Positions 28,603-39,829 of a DNA stretch of 64,000 bases are shown piece after piece. How positions within the stretch are numbered: position 1 is the first letter of the stretch; every line of letters starts with the position of its first letter. A program made the position numbers and the translations under genes. Source of the stretch: Thermodesulfovibrionales bacterium (GTDB lineage Bacteria; Nitrospirota; Thermodesulfovibrionia; Thermodesulfovibrionales; SM23-35); contig CAVWBP010000002.1 of assembly GCA_963753165.1 (NCBI GenBank), positions 80,301 to 144,300 of the forward strand. Reading direction: 5' to 3'. The notes below the pieces were generated by a model, which searched no databases, was not told the origin of the DNA, and saw only the letters and a list, made by a program, of their open reading frames with translations.

Positions 28603-29640
28603 ATGTTTCTTGGTGGAAAAAGCACTATAGGGTTGGATATCGGCTCAGGGTATCTGAAGATTGTTCAGCTTAAGGATACAAAAGGCGGATATGAGCTTGA
28701 GCTTTTCGATATCCTCCCGCTGCCCCCGGAACTTATTGTAGACGGCTCGGTAATAGATTCCTTGCGGCTTGTTGATTCGCTCAAGGAAATCACCCGAAAG
28801 GCCAAGATAAAAACAAAGGATGTCGTTATCAGCATGGCCGGTCATTCTTCGGTCATCATCAAACGGGTTTCTCTTCCGGATATGTCTGAAGAAGAACTCG
28901 CAGAGTCCATAAAATTCGAAGCCGAGCAATATATACCATTTGATATAGAAGATGTGAACCTCGACTTCCAGATCCTCGGACCCAAGGAAGAACCCGGTCA
29001 GATGGATGTTATCCTGGTTGCGGTAAAAAAAGATATCATTAACGAGTATCTCACTGTGGTAAAAGACGCGGGCTTTAACTGCATCATTGTAGACGTCAAC
29101 CCGTTTGCCCTTGAAAATATCTATGAAGTGAATTACGAAATCGAACCCGGAAAGAATGTCGCGCTCGTCAACATCGGCGCGAGCACAATTAATATGAATA
29201 TTCTCAAGGGCGGAGTTTCAGTGTTTACAAGAGACAGCGCAGTCGGCAGCAATCTCCACACCGAAGTCCTTCAGAGAGAATTTAACCTTACGTACGAAGT
29301 AGCGGAAAGGCTGAAACGGGGCGAGCCTGTTGAGAACGTGTCCCCTCAGGATGCGCATTCTGTAATGGAACTTGCCTCTGAAGAGATAATCGGTGAAGTG
29401 AACCGTTCCCTGGAATACTTCCATGAGGAGATCAACGAAGTAATACTGAGCGGAGGCTGCGGTCTCATCAGGGATTTCCCCAGGCTTCTTGCGGAAAAGG
29501 TAGGGGTGGAGACAAAGGTCATACAGACGTTCAAAAATATCAAGATACCGAAAAAATTTGATGTTACCTATATTGAAGAAATGGCGCCGATAGCAGCAGT
29601 TGCGGCTGGATTGGCGCTCAGGAGACCGGGCGACAGATGA
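28603..29640 (+). CDS. pilM: Type IV pilus assembly protein PilM (actin-like)
   Basis: Contains STIGLDIGSGYLKIVQL, VALVNIGASTINMNIL and ILSGGCGLIRDFPRLLAEKVG. Confidence 0.88.
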   Translation: MFLGGKSTIGLDIGSGYLKIVQLKDTKGGYELELFDILPLPPELIVDGSVIDSLRLVDSLKEITRKAKIKTKDVVISMAGHSSVIIKRVSLPDMSEEELAESIKFEAEQYIPFDIEDVNLDFQILGPKEEPGQMDVILVAVKKDIINEYLTVVKDAGFNCIIVDVNPFALENIYEVNYEIEPGKNVALVNIGASTINMNILKGGVSVFTRDSAVGSNLHTEVLQREFNLTYEVAERLKRGEPVENVSPQDAHSVMELASEEIIGEVNRSLEYFHEEINEVILSGGCGLIRDFPRLLAEKVGVETKVIQTFKNIKIPKKFDVTYIEEMAPIAAVAAGLALRRPGDR

Positions 29641-30179
29641 TAAAAGTAAACCTTCTGCCGGTTAAAAGGAAAAAGAAAGCGAAACCGCTGCCGACCTTTC
29701 TGCTTTCCACAATTCTGGCTACAGTCGCAGCAGCGCTCATTATGGCATATCTCACGTTCTTTTTTACTTCACGCCTGAACGCACGGAAATCTGATTTTGC
29801 AAACAATGAGAGAAAAATCGAGGAACTCAAACAGCAGATAAAGGCAGTTGAGGACTTCGAGCAACGTAATAAAAAATTCAAACAAAGGAATGACGTCATA
29901 GAGCAATTGAGCAGCAACAGGAGCGTGCCGGTAAAAGTGCTGGACGAAATCAATTTGTTAATTCCCAACGGCATCTGGTTGAAAGACATGAAAATGTCAG
30001 GAACCGGCAGCATCGATATCGAGGGACTCGGGTTCACCAACACGGACATCGTTGCTTATGTGGACAACTTGAAAAAATCACCGCTCTTTACCGAAGTGTA
30101 TCTCAAGGAATCGAAAAGCTTCGAACTAGAAAAAATTCCTCTGTATGCGTTTAAATTGAGCTTTAAAATAAAAGGATGA
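29637..30179 (+). CDS. pilN: Type IV pilus assembly protein PilN
   Basis: Starts MIKVNLLPVKRKKK, followed by a TM segment, a coiled coil and a C-terminal ferredoxin-like part. Follows pilM with a 4-nt overlap. Confidence 0.85.
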   Translation: MIKVNLLPVKRKKKAKPLPTFLLSTILATVAAALIMAYLTFFFTSRLNARKSDFANNERKIEELKQQIKAVEDFEQRNKKFKQRNDVIEQLSSNRSVPVKVLDEINLLIPNGIWLKDMKMSGTGSIDIEGLGFTNTDIVAYVDNLKKSPLFTEVYLKESKSFELEKIPLYAFKLSFKIKG

Positions 30180-30180
30180 G

Positions 30181-30804
30181 ATGGCACTGAAATTAAACAT
30201 TAATATGAAGAATCTTCCCCTCCCGGTCAAGATTCTTATTGCAGTAGCCCCTGCTATTCTTATTGTTGCGGTTGTCCTTTTTTTGTTTGTCATGCCGAAA
30301 AATAAAGAAATCAAAGCCCTTGAAAAGAAAATCGCTGCTCAGGAAAATGAGATCGCCGCAGACCAGGTAAAAGTGGCGAAATTACCTGAACTGACATTGG
30401 AAAATGAACGACTGAGAAAAAGGCTCGAAGAATTAAAACAGCAGTTGCCTGAGGAAAAGGAAGTATCAACTCTGCTGAAACAGGTCTCTGACCTTTGTAT
30501 CAGTTCAGGGCAGAAAGTACAATTATGGCAGCCGGCGCAGAAAAAGACCCATTCGAGCGGAATTGTGTTCGAAATTCCTGTCAAGGTTGAACTTTCAGGC
30601 AGTTATCACAATTTGGGGTATTTCTTCGGAAGCATCACGAAACTCAACCGAATAGTCAATATCTCTGATATCAAACTCTCAGACCCGAAGCCGGACAAAG
30701 GCGTGGCTGTTATGAAAATAGCATTCACTGCGACGACCTTTTCGTCAGTGCCGGAGGAAGAGATCCAGAAAGAAACAGCAGCTCCTAAGGGCGGGAGACA
30801 ATGA
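30181..30804 (+). CDS. pilO: Type IV pilus assembly protein PilO
   Basis: TM segment, coiled coil (KKIAAQENEIAADQVKVAKLPELTLENERLRKRLEEL), then YHNLGYFFGSITKLNRIVNISDIKL. Confidence 0.82.
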   Translation: MALKLNINMKNLPLPVKILIAVAPAILIVAVVLFLFVMPKNKEIKALEKKIAAQENEIAADQVKVAKLPELTLENERLRKRLEELKQQLPEEKEVSTLLKQVSDLCISSGQKVQLWQPAQKKTHSSGIVFEIPVKVELSGSYHNLGYFFGSITKLNRIVNISDIKLSDPKPDKGVAVMKIAFTATTFSSVPEEEIQKETAAPKGGRQ

Positions 30805-31307
30805 AAAGCATTCTCTTAGGCATCTTTGTTTCACTGTTTGTATTGTTCGCCGGCTGCGGAAAAGATCAGCCTCCACCCAAAAAACCGGCTGCGGAAAAGA
30901 TGCCAGAGGCAAAAACAGAAGAGAAGGCCGCCACGGAGACTGCAAAATCCCCGCCGGAAGAAGTTGCCTATGATGCGAGGGGTAGACGAGATCCGTTCCT
31001 TCCCCTCGTACAATTGTCAAAAGAAAAACCAAAAAAGAAGGCAGGGGCTAGTCCGATAGAAAGCTATGGTATTGACGAACTCAATCTTCTGGCGATTGCA
31101 TGGGACAAAGACAAATACTACGCACTGGTAATGCTTCCGGACAGGAAGACATATACAATCACCGAAGGGATGGCCCTTGGACTCCAGGGAGGGAAGGTAG
31201 AAAAGATCACGAATAATACCGTTCTTATCAGAGAATATATTAAGGATTATAAGGGTGATATAAAGCCAAGGGATTCGATTTTGAAACTCCACAAGGGGGA
31301 AGAATAA
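30801..31307 (+). CDS. pilP: Type IV pilus assembly lipoprotein PilP
   Basis: Lipobox LFAGCG. Contains RRDPFLPL and the C-terminal beta domain LLAIAWDKDKYYALVMLPDRKTYTITEG. Confidence 0.8.
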   Translation: MKSILLGIFVSLFVLFAGCGKDQPPPKKPAAEKMPEAKTEEKAATETAKSPPEEVAYDARGRRDPFLPLVQLSKEKPKKKAGASPIESYGIDELNLLAIAWDKDKYYALVMLPDRKTYTITEGMALGLQGGKVEKITNNTVLIREYIKDYKGDIKPRDSILKLHKGEE

Positions 31308-33533
31308 TGAATCAGAACTTAACAGTTAATAAACAAATATTGAGGGATAAAAAGCATGACGGAGCATCATTCATCTTTTATGCCCTTTCTCTCTTTCTTA
31401 TCTGCTCATTTATTGCTGTTGTTGCCGGTTGTGCCGGGACAAAAGGCAAGGACAAAGAAGCGATGCAGATACAGGAACCTGCGGTTATAACCGGCATCAG
31501 CGTACAGGATAACATGGTAACCATAACAGCGAATAAACCATTTATCTATACGATTTATAAACCCGGCGACCCGTATAAGATAGTGCTCGACATGCCTGAT
31601 GTTTCTGTGGGAACTTTCAACGCAAAAATCGTGTCCCAGAAACCCGGTATTACAGAAATAACGCCTTCCCAGATTGAATCCCCTTCCCTCCTGGCCCGGT
31701 TCGAAATGCTGCTTCAAACCCCTGGTTCAGTTGACCAGGATTACAATAATAATGTCCTGACGATCAAGATCAGGCAAGATGCAGTAAAAAAGGAAGAGCC
31801 CCGCCCTGTCGTGCAGGCAAGAAAAATGGAAGAACCGACGCCACCGTCTGCAATACGAGGCCCTCTGCCGAAAGCTACCGAGGTCAATGAGATTTCATTT
31901 GAACCTTCTGTTGATGTGGTAAAAGTGCTGATTAAAGGAAACGGTTCCATGATCCCGAATGTTTTCCCTCTGGAAGACCGTCTGGTTATTGATATCCCTG
32001 ATGTGACACTGAATGCCCTGATCCCGGTTTCTGTGGTTTCCCCGGTCAAGGGAATGCGGGCGGGCAAACATGACGATAAAGTGCGGCTTGTTCTTGATCT
32101 CCAGGGAGAAGACGAATTTTGATGTCGCATCCATTGCTGACTCGATTGTGATCAGTCTGAGAAGAAATGAGAATGAACCTGCCGGATTGCTTTCTGCTGA
32201 AACACATTCAGAAGAGACGTCCCCGGCATCACCTGATACCATCCAGCCGAACGAAAAACTGGCAGGAACCAGGTGCGAGTCGTATCTTTCAGGGAAAGAG
32301 ACCGTAAATTTTGATTTTCAGGATCAGGATATTGTGCCGATCCTCAGGTTATTCTCTGATATCAGCGGATGCAATCTCTTCATACATCCTGATGTCAAAG
32401 GCAAGGCTACCATGAAATTCAGGGATGTCCCCTGGACCCAGGCCCTTGATACAATACTGAAGACCTTCAGTCTTGATAAAAGCATCGATGGCAACATTAT
32501 ACGGATTGCACCTAATGTAATATTCGCAAAGGAGAGTGACGACAGGGCAAAAGTCGTGGAGGCGGAAATGAAGGCTGAGCCCCTTGAAACAAGGGTATTC
32601 AGTGTCAGCTATGCAGATGTGAGCCTGGTGGAAACTGCAGTGCGGAACGCAAAGATTCTTTCGCCAAGGGGAAGCCTCAATATGGATAAGCGGACGAGTA
32701 CGATGCTTGTTAAGGATATAGCTTCGGTTTTCCCTGAAATTGAAAATCTCCTTGCCACCCTTGATAAACCAACGCCGCAGGTTCTGGTCGAGGCGCGGAT
32801 AGTAGAGGTGAACACAGATAATACCCAGGAGTTGGGTATACAATGGGGAATTAATGCGGTGAGCGCGAATGGACTCGCAAGTTTGGGTGGCCTTTCAGGG
32901 GTTCCAAACGTTTTAACGGGACCGGTTACCGGCGGACACTATATGGTTGATTTGCCGTCCAAAAGTGCTGGTCCGTTGTCAGGTTCCGGTATTACATTCG
33001 GAATTCTGGATCCTTCAAGGACAATAGGACTCGACATGCAGCTTTCTGCCATAGAAACTATGGGTAAACTCAAGGTGGTCTCGAATCCGAAAATTCTGAC
33101 AGTGGATAACGGCAAGGCTATGATCAAACAGGGGAAGAGCATCCCGGTAAGAAAGCTGACGACAGAAGGAACCGTATCAACCGAATACAAAGATGTTACG
33201 CTTGATTTAATCGTAACTCCTCATATAACACCCGATAAATCAATATCGATGGTTATTGAAATCAAAAAAGAAGAGCTTGACCCGACTGTTCCCTCGGTTG
33301 AAGGTGTGCCGGGAACAGATAAAAAAGAAGCAAGCACCAATGTAATCATTAAAGATGGAGAGACTATTGTTATCGGGGGGTTGTACAAAGTCGCTACCAA
33401 TGATTCTGAAACCGGCGTCCCTGGCTTGATGAAAATCCCTATTCTCGGCTGGTTATTTAAATCGAAGAGGGAGCAAACATCTACGAACGAATTGCTAATT
33501 TTTGTAACACCCCGGATTATTACATCGCAATGA
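31307..33533 (+). pseudogene. pilQ: Type IV pilus secretin PilQ (two AMIN domains plus a secretin domain); one frameshift near 32108 as assembled
   Basis: AMIN-like: ITGISVQDNMVTITANKPFIYTIY...YKIVLDMPDV and DKVRLVLDLQGE|KTNFDV. Secretin: VNFDFQDQDIVPILRLFSDISGCNLF, VVSNPKILTVDNGKAMIKQG, PGLMKIPILGWLFKSKREQTSTNELLIFVTPRII. Confidence 0.88.
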
Positions 33534-33588
33534 AGGTAAATTTATCAGAAAATGACTATTGTGGAATAAGAGAAAAACAGGGGGCAAA

Positions 33589-34224
33589 ATGAAAAAACGA
33601 TCTTTCTTACTCTTTTTACTTTATATTTCGGTCCTGTCGGTGCTTTTGTATGGATGCGGCAGCGGCGCCGGAGCACCGGGCAGTAAAGGGATCGAAGATA
33701 CCGGCGTTCAGCTGAGTGCGGTCGTGAACGGTTTGTATCTTGGAGGGAACACAAATTCCATTGATGTTTTTCAGGATGTATGCGACGAGGGGCCGCCTCC
33801 TACTTACGAATTATTTACTGACCATCAGGCAGAAGTGACATTCACCGCGTCCCTTATAAACCCAAACCCTACCATAAGGCCAGGAACGCTTTATGTCGAG
33901 AAATATACCATTGAATATAAACGTTCGAATGATTCACTCGGGGCTCCACCGATCGAAAAGGATACCCGTTTTGAGACTATCATCATTTCTCCTCCCCTTT
34001 CAGGGACCGGCAATACAAGTGTTACATGGACCATAGCGCTTGTTGACCTGCCCAGAAAAGAGAAGTATGGAGATGATGTTTTGTCGGGCCGTTATGACTA
34101 TCATCTGGCATATATCAACAACTATACAGCCATCTTTACTTTCTATGGCAAAAATGAATATGGCGAAGATTTTTCCGTCAAGACACAGATGAATTTCCAG
34201 ATCGGGTGGTTTGATAACTGTTAG
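33589..34224 (+). CDS. Hypothetical lipoprotein
   Basis: Lipobox signal MKKRSFLLFLLYISVLSVLLYGC. No family recognised. Confidence 0.6.
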   Translation: MKKRSFLLFLLYISVLSVLLYGCGSGAGAPGSKGIEDTGVQLSAVVNGLYLGGNTNSIDVFQDVCDEGPPPTYELFTDHQAEVTFTASLINPNPTIRPGTLYVEKYTIEYKRSNDSLGAPPIEKDTRFETIIISPPLSGTGNTSVTWTIALVDLPRKEKYGDDVLSGRYDYHLAYINNYTAIFTFYGKNEYGEDFSVKTQMNFQIGWFDNC

Positions 34225-34260
34225 TCAGTAGTGTGAGCAATTACAGTTTTGGAGGATAAG

Positions 34261-36183
34261 ATGAAAAAAGTCTTCATAATATTGGCGTTACTTGCTTTTG
34301 CACTCTCCTTCGCCGGCTGTGGAGGAGGAGGCGGATCAATGAATTCACCGAAAGGTGAGAATCCCGGAAAATCCACACTTGTTGAATTAACGCCTTCTCA
34401 CTTTGTCTCACATACGAACAGCGACATCACCCTGCATGCAAAGGTTCTGGACGGGAATGGCAACCCGGTCAAAAACAAGCCGGTCAGGTTCACCAACCTT
34501 TCGCCAATCGGGACGCTGGACAAAATAACCGACAAGACGAATGCAGCGGGCATCGCCACTGTCACCCTTCACTCACATGAAGTCGGTTATGCAACCATCC
34601 AGGCGGAAGTCGATGAGGGTTTGAACCAGGTCAGAGACAGGACAGTCATCTATTACTCCAGTTTCAACCTCATGTGGCCGGAGCCGCAGGTAGTGCTTGA
34701 GGTAGACGCTGATAACGACGGAATATACAATGAGACAAGTGATTTCAATTTCTTTGAGACCCCCACCGATGATACCGCTACATTGCGGGCTACTGCGTAT
34801 GATGAATTCGGGAAAAGGATCGTCGGTATGGATATTACCTTCAGCGGTGATTCCGGCGCATCCTTCCCATTGGGGAATGTTTTCAAAACGAATTCAGCAG
34901 GTCAGGCATTCACTACCCTGAAAGTTTCCCCGACCTCTGTTGTCGGTCAGGAAACGTCGCTGAATGTTTATGCTACAGGCGCAAATAATGCAGTAGGCTT
35001 TCTCCAGGTATTTCTCCGGCCGGTATATATCACCGGTATAACGCTGGTCGCAAACCCATCGGGAGTCATTGCAGGTGAAACATCGACAGTTACCGCTTAT
35101 GTTACGACAAGCGCAGGCACAGTACCGGATGATCTTGCGGTGCAGTTCAGCGTAAGCCCTGTGACCTTAGGCTATGTTGAGCCAGTGGTTGCCCTTACAA
35201 GTAACGGTGCAGCGACAACGGTGTTTACACCGTCTGCAACATACCTAGGGAATGCAACAGTTTCAGCCACCATAGCTAATGTTACTGGCTCAGTTCAAAT
35301 TCTTGTGGCAAATGAGCTCAATGTTGTGCCGACCGGTCAAACTATTGATGGTACTGCGGGTGGAACAACCCTTCCTTATACCATTAACGGTGGTATCCCA
35401 CCTTATACAGATTAACGACTGATAATTCAAGTTTGCTCGCCACACTGATACAGTCGCAGCGAGTGGCGATACATTTACCGTGACAGTTCCTGCTGCAACT
35501 GCTGCGACAACTGTAACCTATACAGTCAGGGATTCAGCAGGGCACACAGACGGCGACACTCGATGTAACCGTAGTGCCGATAGTTACCTTGCCGTGAATC
35601 CGACTTCAACATCAATTTGCGAGAACAATACTTCCTGTAGTGCCGGCCAGACTACTTCAACATTTACAATTTCTGGTGGCATCGCACCATATACATCACG
35701 CGCCCAATCCTGCAATACTCACTATCACATCTGGTGGAAATATCTTTATCGTTGACGCGAACAACGATAGCATTGTGAACGATACACCAGTAATATTGAC
35801 AATGACGGATAGCGCGGCCGTGCCCAGAGCACGTTTGCCGGTAAATGATAGATGTTAATCAGTCACCAGTTGCTCCTTACGCCGACAGCAAGTACGATTG
35901 CAGGAATAGATAATCCACCAGCAGGAAATGCTAATAGTGGGTGTCCACCTGATGGCGACGCTAGCTGATGATCGTACTTTTACCATAACTGGAGGAACTG
36001 CACCATATTCTGTAGTACTTTCTAACGATACTACTGTTATCAATTACTGTGCTATTTCAATAGTTGGGAATACGCTTGCTATTGATCCGGATAGCGTGGC
36101 GCAAACACTGTATGTTCACTGTTACCATCACTGATAGCTTGGGAATAGATACAGCAACTGTCACAGTAACTGTTACACCATAA
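34261..36183 (+). pseudogene. Large Ig-like repeat (Big_1/invasin-type) surface lipoprotein; the 3' third (35.4-36.15 kb) has five or more frame changes as assembled
   Basis: Lipobox LSFAGCGGGGG. Big_1-like: ITLHAKVLDGNGNPVKNKPVRFTN...TNAAGIATVTLHS. The recurring domain end-motif T-I-x-G-G-x-x-P-Y (LPYTINGGIPPYT, FTISGGIAPYT, FTITGGTAPYS) appears in three different frames. Terminal piece: TVTITDSLGIDTATVTVTVTP, stop at 36181-36183. Confidence 0.7.
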
Positions 36184-36210
36184 GTAATGCGTTGAACTCG
36201 GATGAAAAGA

Positions 36211-36230
36211 GGGCGGGTGAGAGCCCGCCC
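36211..36230 (+). terminator. GC-rich hairpin after the Ig-repeat gene (weak terminator candidate)
   Basis: GGGCGGG-tgagag-CCCGCCC. The downstream sequence is A-rich rather than T-rich. Confidence 0.3.
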
Positions 36231-36304
36231 TGAATAAAACGATAAATAGAAGGGTTCTGATTGGAGATGATGAGTGTGAATGATTTCAATAAAGGAGTGA
36301 GACC

Positions 36305-38408
36305 ATGAGGAAATATTTATATTTAATGATATGCCTGTTTCTTGCCGCCTGCGGCAGCCAGTCTTCCACGAACATCTCTTCAGATACATCAGGGTCCTCG
36401 GGCAGCATTAAGCTCTCTACGCAATCCATTCTTGCGGAGATGGAGAAGGGCGGCCAGTACAAGGACGGGGAACTGCTCGTGAAATTCAAATCCGGCGTCA
36501 AGGCCGCATCGACTGCTGCAGTGCATCAGGCAGCGGGGGCAACGGTCATAAGAAAATATACCGCAATCCAAAACCTTGAACAGGTGAAACTGCCCCAGGG
36601 GCTTTCGGTCAAAGATGCAGTGATGCAGTACATGTCGAGCCCGGGCGTTGAATACGCAGAACCGAACTATATAAGAAAATTAGACACCATAATACCGAAT
36701 GATACCTATTTCGCAAACCAATGGTCTTTCCTGAACACCGGTCAATATGCATATGGAATAGCCGGTGCGGATATCAAAATGGCGGCAGGATGGGATGTTA
36801 CCATCGGCAGCGGCGACATAACGATTGCGGTGCTTGATACGGGAATCGATTACAGCCACAATGACCTTGTCTGGAACATATGGAGGGATCTGGGCGAGAC
36901 GAGTTGCACCGATGCTATCGATAATGACGGAAACGGATACGTGGACGACTGTATAGGCTGGAATTTCGTCGATAATAACAGTGATTCAATGGATGACCAT
37001 GGCCACGGGACACATGTAGCGGGAGTTATCGGGGCCAAAGGGAATAACAGCACAGGCATTGCGGGCGTTATGTGGTTGACAAACATGATGGCGTTGAAGG
37101 TATGCGACGCGAATGGTTCCTGTGATGTCGGGGCTGAAATCGCAGCCATCGATTATGCTATTAACATGAAGGATAACCATGGGGTGAATGTGAGAGCCAT
37201 GAATGCCAGTTTCGGCGGCGGTGATTTTTCGGCTTCGGAATATCAGGCTCTCGCACGGGCAAACACCGCAGGGATTCTTTTCGTAGCTGCTGCAGGAAAT
37301 GGCGGCGGAGATGGAGTCGGCGATAATAACGATGTTGCCCCTCATTATCCCTCGAGTTACGATCTGCCGAATATTATCGCGGTCGCAGCGACTGACCAGG
37401 ATGACAGAAGGGTCTCATTCAGCAATTTCGGCCCAACCTCTGTTGATGTGGCGGCACCGGGTACCTATATTTTCAGTACAGTACCCAACTGGTGGACAAT
37501 GTATTATGGATACGGCCATCTTGAGATGTTCGATGGCACTTCCATGTCTACCCCGCATGTGACCGGTCTTGCCGGCCTTTTGAGCGCATATTATGGTCAT
37601 TTTACCCATGGCCAAATTCGTACGATGATACTGAGATATGTTGATGTGCTGCCCACGCTGAACGGCTGGATTCTCACAGGCGGAAGGATCAACGCGGACA
37701 GAGCCCTGAAGTCACTGTGGGCGACATACGATCTTTCTGCAACCCCGGTTTCCGCGTTACAGATGGATCTGGCATGGACCGACCGGGCTACGGACGAAAT
37801 CGGTTATAGAATTTATAGAGGAACAGACGGGATTTCTTATCTGCAGATAGCCACAGTCGGCGTGAACGGGTCATTTTACTCGGATGCAGGCCTCACTGAC
37901 GGGACGAGATATTATTACAGGGTGAGGGCGTTTAATGATATCGGCGAATCCCCTCTCCAGCAGGGAACTCAGGTATCTCAGGTGACGCCTATTAACCCTC
38001 CGACGAATCTGAGAGTAGTAACAACCTCAAGCGCTCAGATCCAGCTTGCCTGGTCGGACAATTCGTCGACTGAACAGAACTATTTGATCGAGAGACGTAC
38101 ATATAACAGTGATTTTGTACAGATAGACCAAGTGGGCCAGAACGTATCTACCTACACTAATTCCGGACTCAGTCCGGCCACTTCATACTGGTACAGGGTG
38201 AGAGCACATAATCCGGTTGCGGGATATTCTGCATATTCCAATGAAATTTCAGGGACCACTCTCTACTTCAGGCGGGACCACGAAGAAGCATGGCGGAGGC
38301 GGTGGATGTTCTGTCGGAGGGCCGCAGAATACACCGACAGCATTTGCAGACCTCCTGATACTGCTCATGCCTGCAATCGTACTCGCACTCATAAGACGGA
38401 GGAATTAA
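36305..38408 (+). CDS. S8 subtilisin-family serine protease lipoprotein: I9 prodomain, two FN3 domains and a Gly-Cys C-terminal sorting tag. The tag is in frame 0 after a shift near 38258-38262.
   Basis: Lipobox LFLAACG. I9 prodomain: GELLVKFKSG...GVEYAEPNYI. Catalytic triad: VLDTGIDYSHNDL, HGHGTHVAGVIG, GTSMSTPHVTGLAG. FN3 x2: YRIYRG...YYYRVRAFN and YLIERR...YWYRVRAHN. Shifted tail: GGGGGCSVGGPQNTPTAFADLLILLMPAIVLALIRRRN. Confidence 0.9.
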
Positions 38409-38436
38409 GGGTAATTACCGCTTATACATTTTCAAT

Positions 38437-38470
38437 ACAACCCCGAACATGTTCGGGGTTGTCTGTTTTT
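38437..38470 (+). terminator. Rho-independent terminator downstream of the first S8 protease
   Basis: Perfect palindrome ACAACCCCGAAC-at-GTTCGGGGTTGT followed by cTGTTTTT. Confidence 0.8.
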
Positions 38471-38546
38471 AGGGTGCCTTCTGATTCAGGGTATATGATG
38501 GGGTTCTCATAATAGTGTTGGACATAGAATTGAGTGCTTTTACTTT

Positions 38547-38610
38547 GTCATGCTGGCTTGTCCAGCATCTTTCTTCGCAGCAAGAAGGATTCCCGACAAG
38601 CGGGAATGAC
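38547..38610. repeat. Family-C palindromic element, copy 3
   Basis: Sequence gtcatgctggcttgtccagcatctttcttcgcagcaagaaggattcccgacaagcgggaatgac. Confidence 0.8.
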
Positions 38611-38677
38611 ACACTGGGTGAAGTCAATACTATTAGCACATCTTGATAATGTCAAAAAAGGTTAACAAGGATAACCA

Positions 38678-39554
38678 TTGAACACAGGACTTCTTACAAA
38701 AAGAACTATTTTTTCCCTGAATGTCTGCCTTAGCATCTTCCTCCTTTTCGCGGTCCTTTTTCTTGTAAGAGATGCGATGACGCTGTATTTCGAACAGGGA
38801 AAGACCATAAGGACGGAATCCACTTCGCCTGCCAATCAAGAAGCGGGAGCGAAAAAGGCGCAATTTACAGAGTACGCCCGTATCCTTGCCAATAACCCCT
38901 TTGGTTTCTCCGGAGGCGAACTGAAGCTTCTGGCCGGTTCTCTCCGCAAGCCTCTCGAATCCCGCGGATATCGCGCTGGTCGGCACAGTAGTGGGGCCGA
39001 AGGAACTGACGTTCGGGGTATTCAGGGACAGGACAGGTATGCAGGAAGTATTCAGGCTCGGCGAATCGGTCTTTGGAGCAGGGAAGCTCTCACGGGTCGA
39101 AAGGGAAAAGGTCCTGCTCAAACAGGGAGGCAGAGAGATCGAAATCCCCCTCGATGATGTCAAAATAAAAGAGATCAGCAAACCAGGCATTGCAGGCAGT
39201 CCACAGCTTTCCGCATTTGCCCAGAAGGTTGGGAGGGGTTTATACATCGTTGATCAGAACAAACTCCAGCAGGCAATTGCCGATCCGGGCCAGATGATGA
39301 CTGACGCACGGCTGAAACCAAACGTTGCAAACGGCAAGGAGGAAGGGTTTGTCCTCAATGAGGTGAAACCCGGGGGGATATACCATAGCCTGGGCCTCCA
39401 GGACGGTGATGTGCTGCTCCGGATAAATGAATATGATATTTCGAATCCTGAAAGGGCGCTGCAGGCATTTAATGCGCTGAAAGGTCTCGACAGGGTGCAG
39501 ATTGACATGATCCGTTCGGGTGCACGGATGACTATGACATATCAGATCAAGTAA
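38678..39554 (+). pseudogene. gspC: Type II secretion system protein GspC (TM segment, HR region, PDZ domain); frameshift near 38925-38945 as assembled
   Basis: TTG start and the TM segment IFSLNVCLSIFLLFAVLFLV. After the shift: DIALVGTVVGPKELTFGVFRDRTGMQEVFRLGESV...KVLLKQGGREIEIPL. PDZ: GFVLNEVKPGGIYHSLGLQDGDVLLRINEYDI. Confidence 0.8.
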
Positions 39555-39657
39555 GAAATGAATATAAGCGCATAGCAGGATAGCCTAATTAGACGGGTAA
39601 AGTATATTGATGATTCCCGCTTATCTTGTCCTTTCTCTGCGGAAGAGAAGATCGATG

Positions 39658-39688
39658 GTCATTCCCCTGAGTAAAGCCGGACAATGAC
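39658..39688. repeat. Family-C-like partial element, copy 4
   Basis: Sequence gtcattcccctgagtaaagccggacaatgac, preceded by a degenerate gattcccgcttatcttgtc. Confidence 0.5.
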
Positions 39689-39829
39689 ATATAGAACTAT
39701 GAGACCTTTAATACTGGCTGTAACTAGTGTTTGATGCTAAAATAAACGGTGATGCAGAATAGGGCTCCTGGAAGAGATTGCTCATCTCATGTCACAATAG
39801 ACTGAAGAGATGAAAAACAGCGAGAGGAA

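Noticed and set aside
38409-38512. ORF-track extension of the first S8 protease to a stop at 38512
   Set aside because: The extension reads through a perfect rho-independent terminator and has an arbitrary Arg/Cys-rich translation. The neighbouring frame gives a tail homologous to the second protease and stops at 38408.
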